Notes under the pieces: generated by a model
What the model was told of the DNA's origin: nothing
Databases searched by the model: none
The model's input: only the letters and a program-made list of their open reading frames with translations
Shown: in pieces, positions 29,491 to 40,216 of the stretch
Layout: each line of letters opens with the position of its first letter
How positions within the stretch are numbered: position 1 is the first letter of the stretch
Origin: an uncultured Planctomycetota bacterium
GTDB lineage: Bacteria; Planctomycetota; Planctomycetia; Pirellulales; Lacipirellulaceae
Length of the DNA: 64,000 nucleotides
Reading direction: 5' to 3'
NCBI GenBank assembly: GCA_963719315.1
Contig: CAVRBU010000009.1
Span: 1-64,000, forward strand
Position numbers and translations under genes: made by a program

Positions 29491-30477
29491 ATGATTCGAC
29501 TTTCGTGTGCGTTGTTATTGGCGCTATTGTTGATCGCCCCATCGGCTGCTTTCGCCCAAGCAACGACCAAGGCCAAAGCCAAGGCCAAGAAGCCGGTTGC
29601 GCGACCGACACCGACATTCGCGAATTATGTATACGGCCACGATTCACCGCGGCAGGTGTTCGATTTCTGGCAGGCGAAGGCCGACAAGCCGACGCCGGTC
29701 GTGCTGCTGATCCACGGCGGCGGCTGGCAGAACGGCGACAAAACCGGCTACGGCGAGAGCGATATTCGCCCCTTCTTGAACGCCGGCATTTCGGTGGCCG
29801 CGATCAATTACCGGTACATCAATCAGGCGATGGCTCAGCATGTCGACCCGCCGGTAAAGGCGTGCTCGTACGATGCGGCCTGCGCGCTGCAGACTATCCG
29901 CTCCAAGGCCAAAGAATGGAACATCGATCCGAGACGCATTGGCTCCACGGGCACTTCGGCGGGCGCTTGCACGTCACTCTGGTTGGCGATGCACGATGAT
30001 CTCGCTAAACCCGATAGCAGTGATCCCATCGAACGGGAATCGACTCGGCTAACTTGTGCAGCCGTCGGCTCCGCTCAAACATCGCTCGACCCGATTCAAG
30101 TTCGCGAGTGGATTTCCAACGCCGTGTATGGCGGGCACGCGTTCGGCTTCGCCGGCCCCGGCCGCAAGCGGCCGGACGAGTTCGCGCTGCTCCTCGAAAA
30201 CCGCGAAAAGGTACTGCCGTGGATCAAGGAGTACTCGCCGATCGAATTGGTCAGCGCGGATGATCCTCCAATCTATCTGGATTATCCGAACCAGAAGCAG
30301 CCGCCGTCGCAGGGGCAAAAGGAGCCGGACCCAACTCATTCGGCAATGTACGGCGTTGCGCTGGCGGAGAAGCTCAAAGACAACGGCGTGGAGGTCGAAC
30401 TGTCTTATCCGGGACACGAAGACGCGAAATACGGCTCGATGACAAAATTCTTGATCGCAAAACTGACCGCCGAGTAG
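29491..30477 (+). CDS. Secreted alpha/beta hydrolase (esterase/lipase)
   Basis: Signal peptide, HGGGW oxyanion motif, AAINYR and GTSAG nucleophile elbow. Confidence 0.9.
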   Translation: MIRLSCALLLALLLIAPSAAFAQATTKAKAKAKKPVARPTPTFANYVYGHDSPRQVFDFWQAKADKPTPVVLLIHGGGWQNGDKTGYGESDIRPFLNAGISVAAINYRYINQAMAQHVDPPVKACSYDAACALQTIRSKAKEWNIDPRRIGSTGTSAGACTSLWLAMHDDLAKPDSSDPIERESTRLTCAAVGSAQTSLDPIQVREWISNAVYGGHAFGFAGPGRKRPDEFALLLENREKVLPWIKEYSPIELVSADDPPIYLDYPNQKQPPSQGQKEPDPTHSAMYGVALAEKLKDNGVEVELSYPGHEDAKYGSMTKFLIAKLTAE

Positions 30478-31322
30478 TGCGTGTGCCATCCATCGCCCAA
30501 GAACACGCTCGCCGCAATGAATCGACCCGCGACCGCTGGGAAACGATGAGTCCGCACCGGGCGCGGGTCATGCAATTGATCACAGAGGCTCGCGGCAATG
30601 CGAGACAGTCATTGTGCATCTTGGGGGCCGGCAATGCTAACGACATCGACCTGGCCCAGCTTGCCGACGATTTTGAGCGGATCACCCTCGTGGACATCGA
30701 TGAGCAAGCGCTAACGCGGGCAATCGAACGCGCGCCGCCGACCGCGCACCGAAAGATCGACCCGCATCATGGAGTCGATCTGACTGGTATCCTCCCAATT
30801 CTTTCTTCCTGGCAGGTCGAACGAGCGCCCACGGACGAGGAACTCTCCATCGCCATTCTTGCGGCGCGTGACGCGTTGGCGCCAGCACTGGTGAAGTTCG
30901 ACGTCGTCGCGTCGACCTGCATACTGACGCAGCTCATTGATTCGATTTGCATGGTCTTGCCAGAAGCTCATCCACGTTTCATCGAACTCGTGATGGCCGT
31001 TCGAGACCGGCATCTCGAAATGATCATCGAGCTGTTGAATCCCGCTGGCGTCGGAGTCCTCGTCACGGACTTCGTGGCGACGGAAACGGCGCCCGACCTC
31101 GCTCGACTAGAGGATTCGCAAATACTGGCGGCTGCGATCCAGTGGATCATCCAACGGAATTTTTTTACGGGCGCTAATCCTTACGCTATTCGCGATCGAC
31201 TCCAATCGCCACAGAGGGCCGGCTTGGCCGTAGTCGATGTGCAAGTATCACCCGCCTGGCGGTGGGACATTGGGGCAAAACAGTTAGCGGTAAGCGCAGT
31301 GACCTTTCGACGAGTTGGCTGA
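30477..31322 (+). CDS. SAM-dependent methyltransferase-like protein
   Basis: LCILGAGNANDIDL...ITLVDID...FDVVAS. Confidence 0.7.
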   Translation: MRVPSIAQEHARRNESTRDRWETMSPHRARVMQLITEARGNARQSLCILGAGNANDIDLAQLADDFERITLVDIDEQALTRAIERAPPTAHRKIDPHHGVDLTGILPILSSWQVERAPTDEELSIAILAARDALAPALVKFDVVASTCILTQLIDSICMVLPEAHPRFIELVMAVRDRHLEMIIELLNPAGVGVLVTDFVATETAPDLARLEDSQILAAAIQWIIQRNFFTGANPYAIRDRLQSPQRAGLAVVDVQVSPAWRWDIGAKQLAVSAVTFRRVG

Positions 31323-31458
31323 TCGCACCATGGACCGTATTTCGGCAGTCAGCTTGACGGGTATCCATCATGCCGGTTCATTTCTTAGCGTGACTTTAGC
31401 GAATGGCAACGATTAGCTTCCTCGCAGTTCTTCCTCGTGCCCTTCCTGGTTACAGGAT

Positions 31459-32664
31459 TCAAGCGCCAAATTTTCCGAGTCGTTTCGCATTTGCCAGCGC
31501 GAACATCATCAGATACTTTGCTTCGAACTGGCCGAGTCCACCACGAAGGCACTCGCTTTCTCCGAATTTCTCGCAGCCGTCGGTGCGGCAAAACCTGGCG
31601 GAGATCAATGTGGGCACCGGATGCCAGCTATGGCTGGCCAGCATACTCGGCGTGCTGTGGTCGCCGGTGACGATCAGCACATCGGGCTTGAGCGCCGTGA
31701 TTCGCGGCACCGCGGCATCGAACTCTTCGGTGCGTTTCACCTTGGCGTCGAAGTTGCCGTCCTCGCCAGTGCTGTCGGTGTACTTATAGTGGATGAAAAA
31801 GAAGTCGTACTTCTTCCAGTTCTCTTCGAGGATCGTCATCTGCTCGGCGAGCGCCTGGGCTTTGCCGACGATGTCCATACCTACGAGCCGGGCAAGACCC
31901 TTGTACATCGGGTAGACGGCGATCGCGGCCGCTTTGAGACCGTACACTTCTTCGTAACTAGGCAACTGAGGCTTGCCGGAGAAGCCGCGGAGCGTGAGAC
32001 CATTCGCTTTCGACTCACCCGCCAAAAGGCCCCGGGCCTGACGGATGAATTCTTTGGAGACATCGGCCGCTTTTTTGCTCTGCGCATCGGCGGCAATGGG
32101 ATCGAGCGGTGGAACGCCCGTGATCTGCGGATCGGTGTCTTGCACATTGCCGTGCAATCCCTGGCCGCGAAGCACAATGACGAAACGATGTTCCTTCACT
32201 GGCTCGACAAACACCTCGATGCCCGGAATCTTCACATTTCGGAGCTTGATCGCAAGCGGCGCGCTTTCTTCTGTCGGAATACGTTCCGCGCGGCGGTCGC
32301 TGATGTTGCCTTTGGCATCCAGCGTACAGAAATTAGCGCGGATGGCAACGTCGCCCTCTTGGAGCTCGAACCCAATGCCGGTGGCCTCGAGCGCCCCGCG
32401 ACCGATCACATATTGCAACGGGTCGTAGCCGAACAGGCCGAGGTGACCCGGACCACTTCCGGGGCTGATGCCCGGCAACACGGGAATACTGCTGCCGAGG
32501 ACCCCGGCTTTCGCAAGTGCATCAAGGTTTGGCGTATTGGCTGTTTCGAGCTCGGTGCGGCCCCCCGGCTGTTGCGGCAGGCCGCCGAGGCCATCGCCCA
32601 CGTACATGACAATTTTAGTGGCATTCTTTACGTGCAGTTCGCGCGTGAGTCGGTGAAGGTCCAT
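31459..32664 (-). CDS. apgM: 2,3-bisphosphoglycerate-independent phosphoglycerate mutase (archaeal-type)
   Basis: DGLGG, TELETANTPNLD, PGSGPGHLGLFGYDP, TGDHSTP, HSWHPVP. Confidence 0.93.
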   Translation of the reverse strand: MDLHRLTRELHVKNATKIVMYVGDGLGGLPQQPGGRTELETANTPNLDALAKAGVLGSSIPVLPGISPGSGPGHLGLFGYDPLQYVIGRGALEATGIGFELQEGDVAIRANFCTLDAKGNISDRRAERIPTEESAPLAIKLRNVKIPGIEVFVEPVKEHRFVIVLRGQGLHGNVQDTDPQITGVPPLDPIAADAQSKKAADVSKEFIRQARGLLAGESKANGLTLRGFSGKPQLPSYEEVYGLKAAAIAVYPMYKGLARLVGMDIVGKAQALAEQMTILEENWKKYDFFFIHYKYTDSTGEDGNFDAKVKRTEEFDAAVPRITALKPDVLIVTGDHSTPSMLASHSWHPVPTLISARFCRTDGCEKFGESECLRGGLGQFEAKYLMMFALANAKRLGKFGA

Positions 32665-32882
32665 GGCAGCGAAAGATATCAGAGGTCGGAAAACTTTGGT
32701 CGAAACTCAGAGATTTATCGTCGCAAATTTTGGGTCGGCTGCAAGGGGAACAGTGAGATCGCTGGCAATAGTTTGGAGAATACGGTAGGAATAGGTCACG
32801 GTGGTCACGACTTGCAGTCCTCTCTCCCGATCCGTGTACGCTATGCATGCCTTGATCACTACATAGTGCAGGAAAGAATCAG

Positions 32883-33569
32883 ATGACATCAATCACCTGG
32901 CTCGGCCACAACGCTTGGTCGATTGAAACCGCGGGCTGCTCGATTTTGCTTGATCCATTTTTGAATGACTCGCCCACCGCACCGGTGAAAGCAGACGGCG
33001 TGAAGGCCGATTACATCTTGCTCTCGCATGGCCACGGAGATCACCTGGGCGACACAGTCGCCATAGCCAAGCGGTCTGGCGCCGTCGTGCTGACGAATTT
33101 CGAAGTGAGTGAATGGCTCAAAAAGAAAGGCGTATCGGCCGACAAAGTGATCGGCATGAACCCGGGCGGCGGCATCGAGCGGCCCTTTGGGCATGTCAAG
33201 TTCACGATCGCGCACCATAGCTCCAGCCTTCCCGATGGAAGTTACGGCGGCGTGCCGGGCGGATTCGTCTTGAAGCTCTCGGACGCTCGACTCTATTTCG
33301 CCTGCGACACGGCGCTCTTTCTGGACATGAAGCTCATCGGCAGTGGCGGACTCGAACTGGCCGTCCTGCCGATCGGAGACTTGTTCACAATGGGCCCGGA
33401 AGATTCGATCGACGCTATCAAGCTGCTTAACCCGAAGCGGGTAGCGCCGTGCCACTACAACACTTGGCCGCCGATCGCTCAGGACGCCGGCGCCTGGGCC
33501 GAACGTGTCCGCTCGCATACGGCCGCTGAGCCAATTGTGTTGGAACCGGGTGGAAAGATCACGTTGTAA
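32883..33569 (+). CDS. Metal-dependent hydrolase, metallo-beta-lactamase fold (UPF0173-like)
   Basis: TWLGH, LSHGHGDH, AHHSS, LPIGDLFTMGP, PCHYNTW. Confidence 0.92.
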   Translation: MTSITWLGHNAWSIETAGCSILLDPFLNDSPTAPVKADGVKADYILLSHGHGDHLGDTVAIAKRSGAVVLTNFEVSEWLKKKGVSADKVIGMNPGGGIERPFGHVKFTIAHHSSSLPDGSYGGVPGGFVLKLSDARLYFACDTALFLDMKLIGSGGLELAVLPIGDLFTMGPEDSIDAIKLLNPKRVAPCHYNTWPPIAQDAGAWAERVRSHTAAEPIVLEPGGKITL

Positions 33570-33752
33570 ACTACCGCCGCGACGAACGCGACCCAAGATT
33601 TCAGCACCGCGAGCGAACATCAGAGACCGGCATTTATAGGCTATTTGCGGGCCTTTATTTCGCTTTCCGGTGGCTACCGCCGCCGCCCCGCGGAAGTCAT
33701 AATGGTTTCTCTCGTTCAAGACTCTATTCCCCGTGCGATTAAGGATTAAATT

Positions 33753-34802
33753 ATGCGTCTTCGCGCTAAGTCGATCGTCCTTGGTTTGGCAGCCATGGTG
33801 ACCGTTTCGAGTCTGGCGTCAACCACCCGGCAGTTGCGGGCGGAAGAGCCACTCCGTTGGAAATTCCAGGTCGGCGAAAAACTCGATTACTCGATGGTGC
33901 AGGAAATGAATATGTCGGCCTCGGGTGGGCCGGTCGGGAACCTGAACACGACAATGCGACAGGAAATGGATATGACCTGGGATGTGCAAGGTGTTGACGA
34001 AAAGACCGGCGATGCCGTTATCAAGCAGAAGTTCGACCGCATCAAAATGAAGATGACGACGCCCGTGGGCGCCTTTGACTACGATTCGAAGTCGGACGCG
34101 GTGCCAACCGGCATCGGGGCCATGATCGCCCCCATGTACAAGGCGATGACTCAGGGCGAATTCGAAATCACGATGACTTCGCGGGGCGAAGTCAAGGACG
34201 TCAAGGTGCCTGATGAAGTTCTCACGGCGCTGAAGTCCTCGCCCGGTGCGGCAGCGATGGGTGACATCGCGACTGCCGACGGCTTTAAGAAAATGATCTC
34301 TCAGGGCGCACTCGTTCTGCCCAAAGATCCACCCAAGCAAGGCGAATCGTGGAAGACGAAGGTCGAGATGAACAATCCGGCCGTCGGCATGCAGACCGTC
34401 GAAACGACCTATCGTTACGATGGCACGAAGGACATCGAAGGGACAAAGTTTGCGGTCATCAAACCCGAGTTGAAAATGGAATTTGAAAAGGGTGGCGCAA
34501 AACCGGGCGGACAGCCGCCGCAATTGTCGATGAAAATCGCCGACCAGAGTTCCGACGGCGAGGTGCTATTTAACATCGAAAAAGGCCGGCTGCATTCCAC
34601 AACGCTCACGCAAAAAGTGACGATCGACGCAACCGTAAACGGGCAAGTCATGCAGCAAAAAATCGACCAGAAGATCGACGTGAAAGTCGCTCCCGCTGGG
34701 GAAAAGAAGACTGAAGAATCGAAAAAAACTGAAACGCCTGATGCGAAGGAACCCGAAGCGAGCGAAGAGAAAAAGGCGGACGCGGGAACGGAAAAGAAAT
34801 AA
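33753..34802 (+). CDS. Secreted beta-rich hypothetical protein (DUF6263-like)
   Basis: Signal peptide, LRWKFQVGEKLDY, FDYDSK, LPKDPPKQGESW. Confidence 0.75.
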   Translation: MRLRAKSIVLGLAAMVTVSSLASTTRQLRAEEPLRWKFQVGEKLDYSMVQEMNMSASGGPVGNLNTTMRQEMDMTWDVQGVDEKTGDAVIKQKFDRIKMKMTTPVGAFDYDSKSDAVPTGIGAMIAPMYKAMTQGEFEITMTSRGEVKDVKVPDEVLTALKSSPGAAAMGDIATADGFKKMISQGALVLPKDPPKQGESWKTKVEMNNPAVGMQTVETTYRYDGTKDIEGTKFAVIKPELKMEFEKGGAKPGGQPPQLSMKIADQSSDGEVLFNIEKGRLHSTTLTQKVTIDATVNGQVMQQKIDQKIDVKVAPAGEKKTEESKKTETPDAKEPEASEEKKADAGTEKK

Positions 34803-34870
34803 TAATCGCGATACTCCTGCTTAACCTCGAGGCGCTTTCCGAGAACAGTGCGCCGCGCATGATGGCGCGG

Positions 34871-35209
34871 TTAGACAGACGCAAGGCGGACTTGGACCTC
34901 GTCGCCGATGACGCGGACCTCGAATTTATCGACTCCCAATCGCGGGTTGTCGGCCCACTTACCGTCGCGAACGCAAAACCGCCAGGCATGCCACGGGCAT
35001 GTGACGATGCCCTCTTCGTCCAGACAGCCGGCGCCGAGCGACGCCCCCATATGTGGGCACAGGTCATCGATCGCGAAGTACTTACCGTCTTGGAAAAACA
35101 CGGCGACGAGCCGATCGCCTACCTGGAAAGACCGACCCTCGCCCTCCGGGATCGCCCCCACTTTGGCGATCGTCTCGAATCCGTCGGCGGGCGAATCGGG
35201 CGTGGACAT
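34871..35209 (-). CDS. Rieske [2Fe-2S] ferredoxin (NirD-like)
   Basis: DDLCPHMGASL...VTCPWHAWRF. Confidence 0.9.
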   Translation of the reverse strand: MSTPDSPADGFETIAKVGAIPEGEGRSFQVGDRLVAVFFQDGKYFAIDDLCPHMGASLGAGCLDEEGIVTCPWHAWRFCVRDGKWADNPRLGVDKFEVRVIGDEVQVRLASV

Positions 35210-35226
35210 GAGCCGGATAGTAGTTC

Positions 35227-35293
35227 TTAGGGTGGGCATTGCCCACCGAGTTACGAGAATGAGGCGTGCAGCGGTGGGCGGTGCCCACTCTAC
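35227..35293. repeat. REP doublet (REPIN-like, GTAG type)
   Basis: TAGGGTGGGCATTGCCCACC and the inverted copy GGTGGGCGGTGCCCACTCTAC, each palindromic. Confidence 0.75.
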
Positions 35294-35374
35294 TGGCTAA
35301 AATAATCCATACGCCGCGAATGCAATAGACGCCTTGCCTTTGGACGCGGTCGTCCCCCCCGCGATCGATCTACC

Positions 35375-35695
35375 GTGACCGAAAAAAATGTGTCCATCTC
35401 GCTTGCCGATTTCCAATCGCTCATTCGTCGAATGTACTTGGAAAAGGACCTTGCGCGAGGCGTAGACGGCACATTCATGTGGTTGATGGAGGAGGTCGGC
35501 GAACTGGCGTCGGCACTCCGCGAGGGTACGAAGGAGGAGCAGTCTGCCGAATTCGCCGATGTACTGGCCTGGCTTACGACGATCGCGAATGTCGTGGGCG
35601 TCGATCTGGAAGCGGCGGTCAAAACCAAATACGGCACCGGCTGCCCCGGATGCGGTCAACTTATTTGCACTTGCGATGACGCCGGCAAACCGTAA
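35375..35695 (+). CDS. MazG nucleotide pyrophosphohydrolase domain protein
   Basis: WLMEEVGELA...EFADVLAWL...KY...CPGC...CTC. Confidence 0.88.
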   Translation: MTEKNVSISLADFQSLIRRMYLEKDLARGVDGTFMWLMEEVGELASALREGTKEEQSAEFADVLAWLTTIANVVGVDLEAAVKTKYGTGCPGCGQLICTCDDAGKP

Positions 35696-35753
35696 ACCTG
35701 CGACTTCGGTTCACTGCAAAAGCGGGAGGCGTCGCTGACGCAAACGATCGTCG

Positions 35754-38006
35754 ATGATGCGAACCGCGATTGACCCGAATCGGGCAACCCACCGAATTGC
35801 ACTCGCGCTGGCAGCCGTTGTTGCGGCGAGCCTTTCGCCGCGCGCATTGGCCGCCGACCAATCCGCGACAGGTCCCAGAATCGCCACGGCGCGGATCGGT
35901 TTGCAGAACTATTACAAGCTGGGGTTTTGGACGCCCGTATCCGTCGATATAAAGGACGCCGGCGCCGTCAAGAATCTTCGCATAGAAGTCACGGTCGCCG
36001 ATAGCGACGGCGTTTCTACGACAGCTAGCGAGCCGCTAAGGTCGGAGATTTCTGCAGACGGCCGTCGCGCCGCTCTGGTTTACACGCAAGTGGGGCGCGT
36101 TGGTAGCCCAATTCACATCTCACTTGCCGATGACGAACAACAAGTCGATGAGCTCGTCTTGCGGCCGAACGCAAAATCGATGTCGAACGGAACTGTATCT
36201 CCCTTACAGGCGACGAGTGAATTGATCCTCTCGCTTGGCGCGGCAAAATTCGGATTGAACGATGCATTCCCCGATCGCTCTGGTAGAGCTGGCCAGGCCC
36301 AACGCAAACTCATCGAGTTAGATTCTGTCGCCGATTTGCCGACGGATTGGTTCGGCTACGAATCAATCGATGTGTTGGTCATCACGGTCGGCGACAGCAA
36401 ACTATGCCAAGCGCTGGCGGGAAACCATAAAAAGTTTGCGGCGCTCCAGCGGTGGGTAGAACTTGGGGGCCGCCTCGTGATTCTCTGCCGCGGAGAAATG
36501 GCGCCCGCGATGATTGGGAAGAACGGCCCGCTGGCAACGCTCGTGCCGGGAAAACTGGCGGAGGTCGTCAGCCTGCCGGAAACCGGGGCCTTGGAGCGCT
36601 TCGCTGAATCGAGCCCGAAGATTGCCACGGCAACGATCCGAGTGCCGCGGCTGGTAAACGTGGACGGAACAATCGACGTGTACGAGGGACGCCAGCCGAC
36701 GGACTTGCCGCTGGTCGTGCGGGCCGCGCGAGGTTTCGGGGAAGTTGCTTTCGTCGGAGTCGAATTCAACCAACCACCGTTGGCTGATTGGGCAGGACGC
36801 ACGGCGTTTCTGCACGCGCTGTTGCGGCCGTACTTGTCGCAAGCGGCCGTGGCGGATTCAACGCGGCACCTCGTCACAAGCGGTTTCGTCGACCTTTCGG
36901 GCGCGTTGCGGCAACAACTTGGCCGATCGTTCCCAGCCGTCGTGCCGATCGGGTTCCCGGTGGTCACCGGGCTGGTGATTGCGTATCTATTGTTTCTGGG
37001 ACCGCTCGATTATCTCCTCGTTCATCGTTGGCTGCGCCGGCCGCTTGTGGCTTGGATTACTTTTCCGCTGATCGTTGCGGGTTTTTCTATGCTCGCGCTT
37101 GCCGTAAGCAATTGGTCTAGGGGTTCTTCGAGCACGCAGATCAATCGATTGGAACTCGTGGATTTCGATACAATATCGGGCCAAGCGCGCGGCACGTTTT
37201 GGTCCGCGCTCTACAGCCCGAGAGCGAATCGATTCGATCTGGCGGTAAAACCGTCTGGGGCCAGCGATGAGTCGAGCACCGATCGCGCCGCGCTTCTTTC
37301 CTGGTGGGGACTGCCGGGCTCGGGCATCGGCGGAATGCTGGCAAGCGGCAGCGATTTGCGAATCATTCAGAACGGTTACCGCTACGGGCTCGAACTGAAT
37401 TCACTCGAAGAACTGCCGGTGTTGCAGTCGGCCACGAAGTCTCTGCTGACACGCTGGACCGCCGCCGCTCCGGCGAGAATTGAGGCCCAACTTGTTGACG
37501 ATGATGGCCTGGTCGTCGGCTCTCTGGCGAATCAAACTGGGTTGTCCCTGGGAAACGCGCGACTCTTCTATGGCTCGTGGGCGTATCGATTGGGTACCTT
37601 GAACGTCGGAACAAGAATCGAAGTCGGCGAGGAGCTCAGTCCGCGAAAGGCTAAGACGATCGTCACGCGGGAAGCACTCGGCGATAGCGGCGCCATTGCC
37701 GCCCCGGTCGAGAGTCGGATGTTTGCGGCCGAGAAGGCATCGTCAATTGAAATATTGAATCTGATGATGTTCTATGAAAAGGCGGGCGGATTTGAGTTCG
37801 CCCACTTGCCGAATCGCTTCCAGGCATATTGCGATTTGAGCCGGCAGCTGGACTTGGGCCGCGCCGTGCTAGTGGCCGACGTCACCGAGGCCGACACGCA
37901 ACTGGTCGATACCGCGACCGGCGAGGCGATCGGCGACCACAAGCACGATACATCGACTGTCATTTATCGATTCTTGCTGCCCGTAAAGCAAAAAGGGACG
38001 CCATAA
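35754..38006 (+). CDS. Membrane protein with large extracytoplasmic domains (ABC-associated)
   Basis: Signal peptide, LPTDWFGYESIDVLV, ALQRWVELGGRLV, central TM pair YLLFLGPLDY; precedes an ABC ATPase. Confidence 0.8.
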   Translation: MMRTAIDPNRATHRIALALAAVVAASLSPRALAADQSATGPRIATARIGLQNYYKLGFWTPVSVDIKDAGAVKNLRIEVTVADSDGVSTTASEPLRSEISADGRRAALVYTQVGRVGSPIHISLADDEQQVDELVLRPNAKSMSNGTVSPLQATSELILSLGAAKFGLNDAFPDRSGRAGQAQRKLIELDSVADLPTDWFGYESIDVLVITVGDSKLCQALAGNHKKFAALQRWVELGGRLVILCRGEMAPAMIGKNGPLATLVPGKLAEVVSLPETGALERFAESSPKIATATIRVPRLVNVDGTIDVYEGRQPTDLPLVVRAARGFGEVAFVGVEFNQPPLADWAGRTAFLHALLRPYLSQAAVADSTRHLVTSGFVDLSGALRQQLGRSFPAVVPIGFPVVTGLVIAYLLFLGPLDYLLVHRWLRRPLVAWITFPLIVAGFSMLALAVSNWSRGSSSTQINRLELVDFDTISGQARGTFWSALYSPRANRFDLAVKPSGASDESSTDRAALLSWWGLPGSGIGGMLASGSDLRIIQNGYRYGLELNSLEELPVLQSATKSLLTRWTAAAPARIEAQLVDDDGLVVGSLANQTGLSLGNARLFYGSWAYRLGTLNVGTRIEVGEELSPRKAKTIVTREALGDSGAIAAPVESRMFAAEKASSIEILNLMMFYEKAGGFEFAHLPNRFQAYCDLSRQLDLGRAVLVADVTEADTQLVDTATGEAIGDHKHDTSTVIYRFLLPVKQKGTP

Positions 38007-38056
38007 TAATCTGGATTTGGCCTGGCGGCCGACGCCAATAGGCAACGCTTAGCATC

Positions 38057-38983
38057 ATGATCGAGACCCGCGACCTGACGAAGAAATACGGCGAATTGTA
38101 CGCCATCAAATCAATCGATTTGAACTTGAATCGCGGCGACCTGTTTGGCTTCATCGGGCCCAACGGCGCCGGCAAAACGACCACGATGCGGATTCTGGCC
38201 ACGCTCCTGAATCCGACTTGGGGCGAAGCGTACGTGGGCGGCCACTCGATCTACACGCAGCCGAAGGAAATCCGCCGTATGATCGGTTACATGCCCGATT
38301 TTTTCGGCGTGTACGACGACATGAAGGTAATCGAGTACCTGGAATTCTTTGCCGCGGCTTACCGCATCCGCGGACCTCAGCGACGTAAGGTGTGCGACGA
38401 GGTCCTCGAACTCGTGGAACTGGGCTATAAGCGCGAAGCGCTTGTTACGAGCCTATCGCGCGGCATGAATCAACGTCTCGGGCTCGCGCGTGTGTTATTG
38501 CACGATCCTCAAGTGCTGCTGCTCGATGAACCGGCCAGCGGCCTCGATCCGCGTGCCCGCATCGAAATCCGCACGCTCCTCAAACGGCTCGGCACGATGG
38601 GCAAGACGATCATGGTCTCAAGCCACATCCTGCCTGAGCTGGCCGATATCTGCAACAAGGTCGGCATCATCGAGCGCGGCGAACTAGTGTTCAACGACAC
38701 GGTAGCGGAATTGCTCAAACGCGTGCGACCACACATGGTACTTAACATCGGCGTCGCTGATGACCGCAACGCCGCGGCCAAATTGTTGCAAAGTCATGTA
38801 ATAGTGAATCGAGTCGATCTCGGAGACAAGCATCTCACAGTCACGCTTTCCGACGGCCAAACCGAATACAGCGATCTTGCTACGCTGCTCATCGGCGCGG
38901 GCCACCGACTGACGTTGCTCCGCGAGCAAGAGTTGAATTTGGAAACAGCGTTCATGGCGCTGACGAAGGGAATCACTTCGTAA
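38057..38983 (+). CDS. ABC transporter ATP-binding protein
   Basis: GPNGAGKTT, LSRGM, LLLDEPASGLD, SSH. Confidence 0.95.
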   Translation: MIETRDLTKKYGELYAIKSIDLNLNRGDLFGFIGPNGAGKTTTMRILATLLNPTWGEAYVGGHSIYTQPKEIRRMIGYMPDFFGVYDDMKVIEYLEFFAAAYRIRGPQRRKVCDEVLELVELGYKREALVTSLSRGMNQRLGLARVLLHDPQVLLLDEPASGLDPRARIEIRTLLKRLGTMGKTIMVSSHILPELADICNKVGIIERGELVFNDTVAELLKRVRPHMVLNIGVADDRNAAAKLLQSHVIVNRVDLGDKHLTVTLSDGQTEYSDLATLLIGAGHRLTLLREQELNLETAFMALTKGITS

Positions 38984-39137
38984 GGGGGAAGGTGGAGTGT
39001 GGAAGGGGGAAGGCGGCCTGCCTCTGCCGTAGACCTTGTCAGATGAGGCGGAATCTCCGATACTTGTGGTCCCGGAAACGCAGAGCGTTGGAGGCATTTA
39101 CTCCCCCTTTCCCACTCCGCCTTCCGGCTTAGTTTGG

Positions 39138-39210
39138 GCCCCCATCGTCTAGAGGCCCAGGACACCGCCCTCTCACGGCGGCGACAGGGGTTCGAATCCC
39201 CTTGGGGGTA
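39138..39210 (+). tRNA. tRNA-Glu(CTC)
   Basis: GCCCCCA acceptor, TCGTCTAGAGGCCCAGGAC D arm, CCGCC-CTCTCAC-GGCGG anticodon arm and GGTTCGAATCC. CCA is not encoded. Confidence 0.96.
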
Positions 39211-39390
39211 CTTTGACGCAAGCCCTAGGGCATGGGACGCCGGGCTGAGAGAAAGATAACATATGTGTTAGCATGGCCGGTGCACTAGCAAGTACCGGCC
39301 AATCTGCTTCGCTCTGAAGCCGTTGGCCAAACCAACCACTGCCTCTTTGTTGGACCGGCGGCGATGGCCTGACTCGCGATGCGGCGCAGT

Positions 39391-39570
39391 TCATTGTTGT
39401 CCGCTGCCTGTGTAACGCTGAAGCAGGTAACCTATGCAAAATACAAGCACTGACACCACCAGAAACCCCAACATCTTGCCAGCCGATATCGCCTGATTCA
39501 GTTGTGCGACGATCGCCAACACTGGAATCGTTAACCCGACCATTTGCAGAAATCGCGCCACTGTGTACAT
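39391..39570 (-). CDS. Small two-TM membrane protein
   Basis: 59 aa with two hydrophobic segments. Confidence 0.7.
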   Translation of the reverse strand: MYTVARFLQMVGLTIPVLAIVAQLNQAISAGKMLGFLVVSVLVFCIGYLLQRYTGSGQQ

Positions 39571-39652
39571 GGGGTGCACAGTATCATCGACAATGTATAG
39601 AAGCAAGCACCCGTGGTCGGCGGGCAGTTGCTTCAGTACGATAAATGCATCG

Positions 39653-40117
39653 ATGAATCAAGATTCCATGGATATTGATCAGGCGGATGAAACACCCAGC
39701 GCGGCGATGAAATCGCCGCCAATCGAAGTGCTGTGGTGGCGCGCGCTACAGTTGCGGTGCCCGGCTTGCGGTCGAGCGCCCATTTTCCGCGGCTGGTTCA
39801 CAATGCAAGACATATGCACAAATTGCGGCCGACGATTCAATCGCGATGCGGGGTACTTGCTCGGTTCGGTTTACTTCAATTACGGCGTGACGGCGACGCT
39901 AGTCGTCGTGATGTATTTCTCCATGTTCTTTGGCGACGTGCTGACAGACGGCCAGCGACTTGCGATACTAACCGCGTTCGGCGTGCTGTTCCCGATCTGG
40001 TTCTTTCGTTACGGCCGGGCGCTATGGATGGCGTTCGACGAGCGCTGGGACCCCTGGCCTAATGAGGAGGAAAAGCGGCAGTTGGAGACCACCTGGCAAA
40101 GTACGAGGGGCGACTAA
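39653..40117 (+). CDS. DUF983-like membrane protein with Zn ribbon
   Basis: RCPACGRAPIFRGWF...CTNCG plus two TM helices. The start is uncertain. Confidence 0.8.
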   Translation: MNQDSMDIDQADETPSAAMKSPPIEVLWWRALQLRCPACGRAPIFRGWFTMQDICTNCGRRFNRDAGYLLGSVYFNYGVTATLVVVMYFSMFFGDVLTDGQRLAILTAFGVLFPIWFFRYGRALWMAFDERWDPWPNEEEKRQLETTWQSTRGD

Positions 40118-40216
40118 TATGTGCGCCAGACCAAATAGCCGCGAACCTTTCTTGGCTTTTATTGTCTGCACTCCGCTTGCGCGACACACCGCCGTTTCGA
40201 CATCGATGGAGGTCCG

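Noticed and set aside
31621..32886. 421-aa + strand ORF and similar long ORFs opposite real genes (e.g. 61434-62381, 52315-53205, 16496-17449)
   Set aside because: These are antisense shadows typical of GC-rich coding DNA, with no motifs.
39138..39213. tRNA genes lacking encoded CCA as pseudo-tRNAs
   Set aside because: The cloverleaves are intact, and post-transcriptional CCA addition is common.
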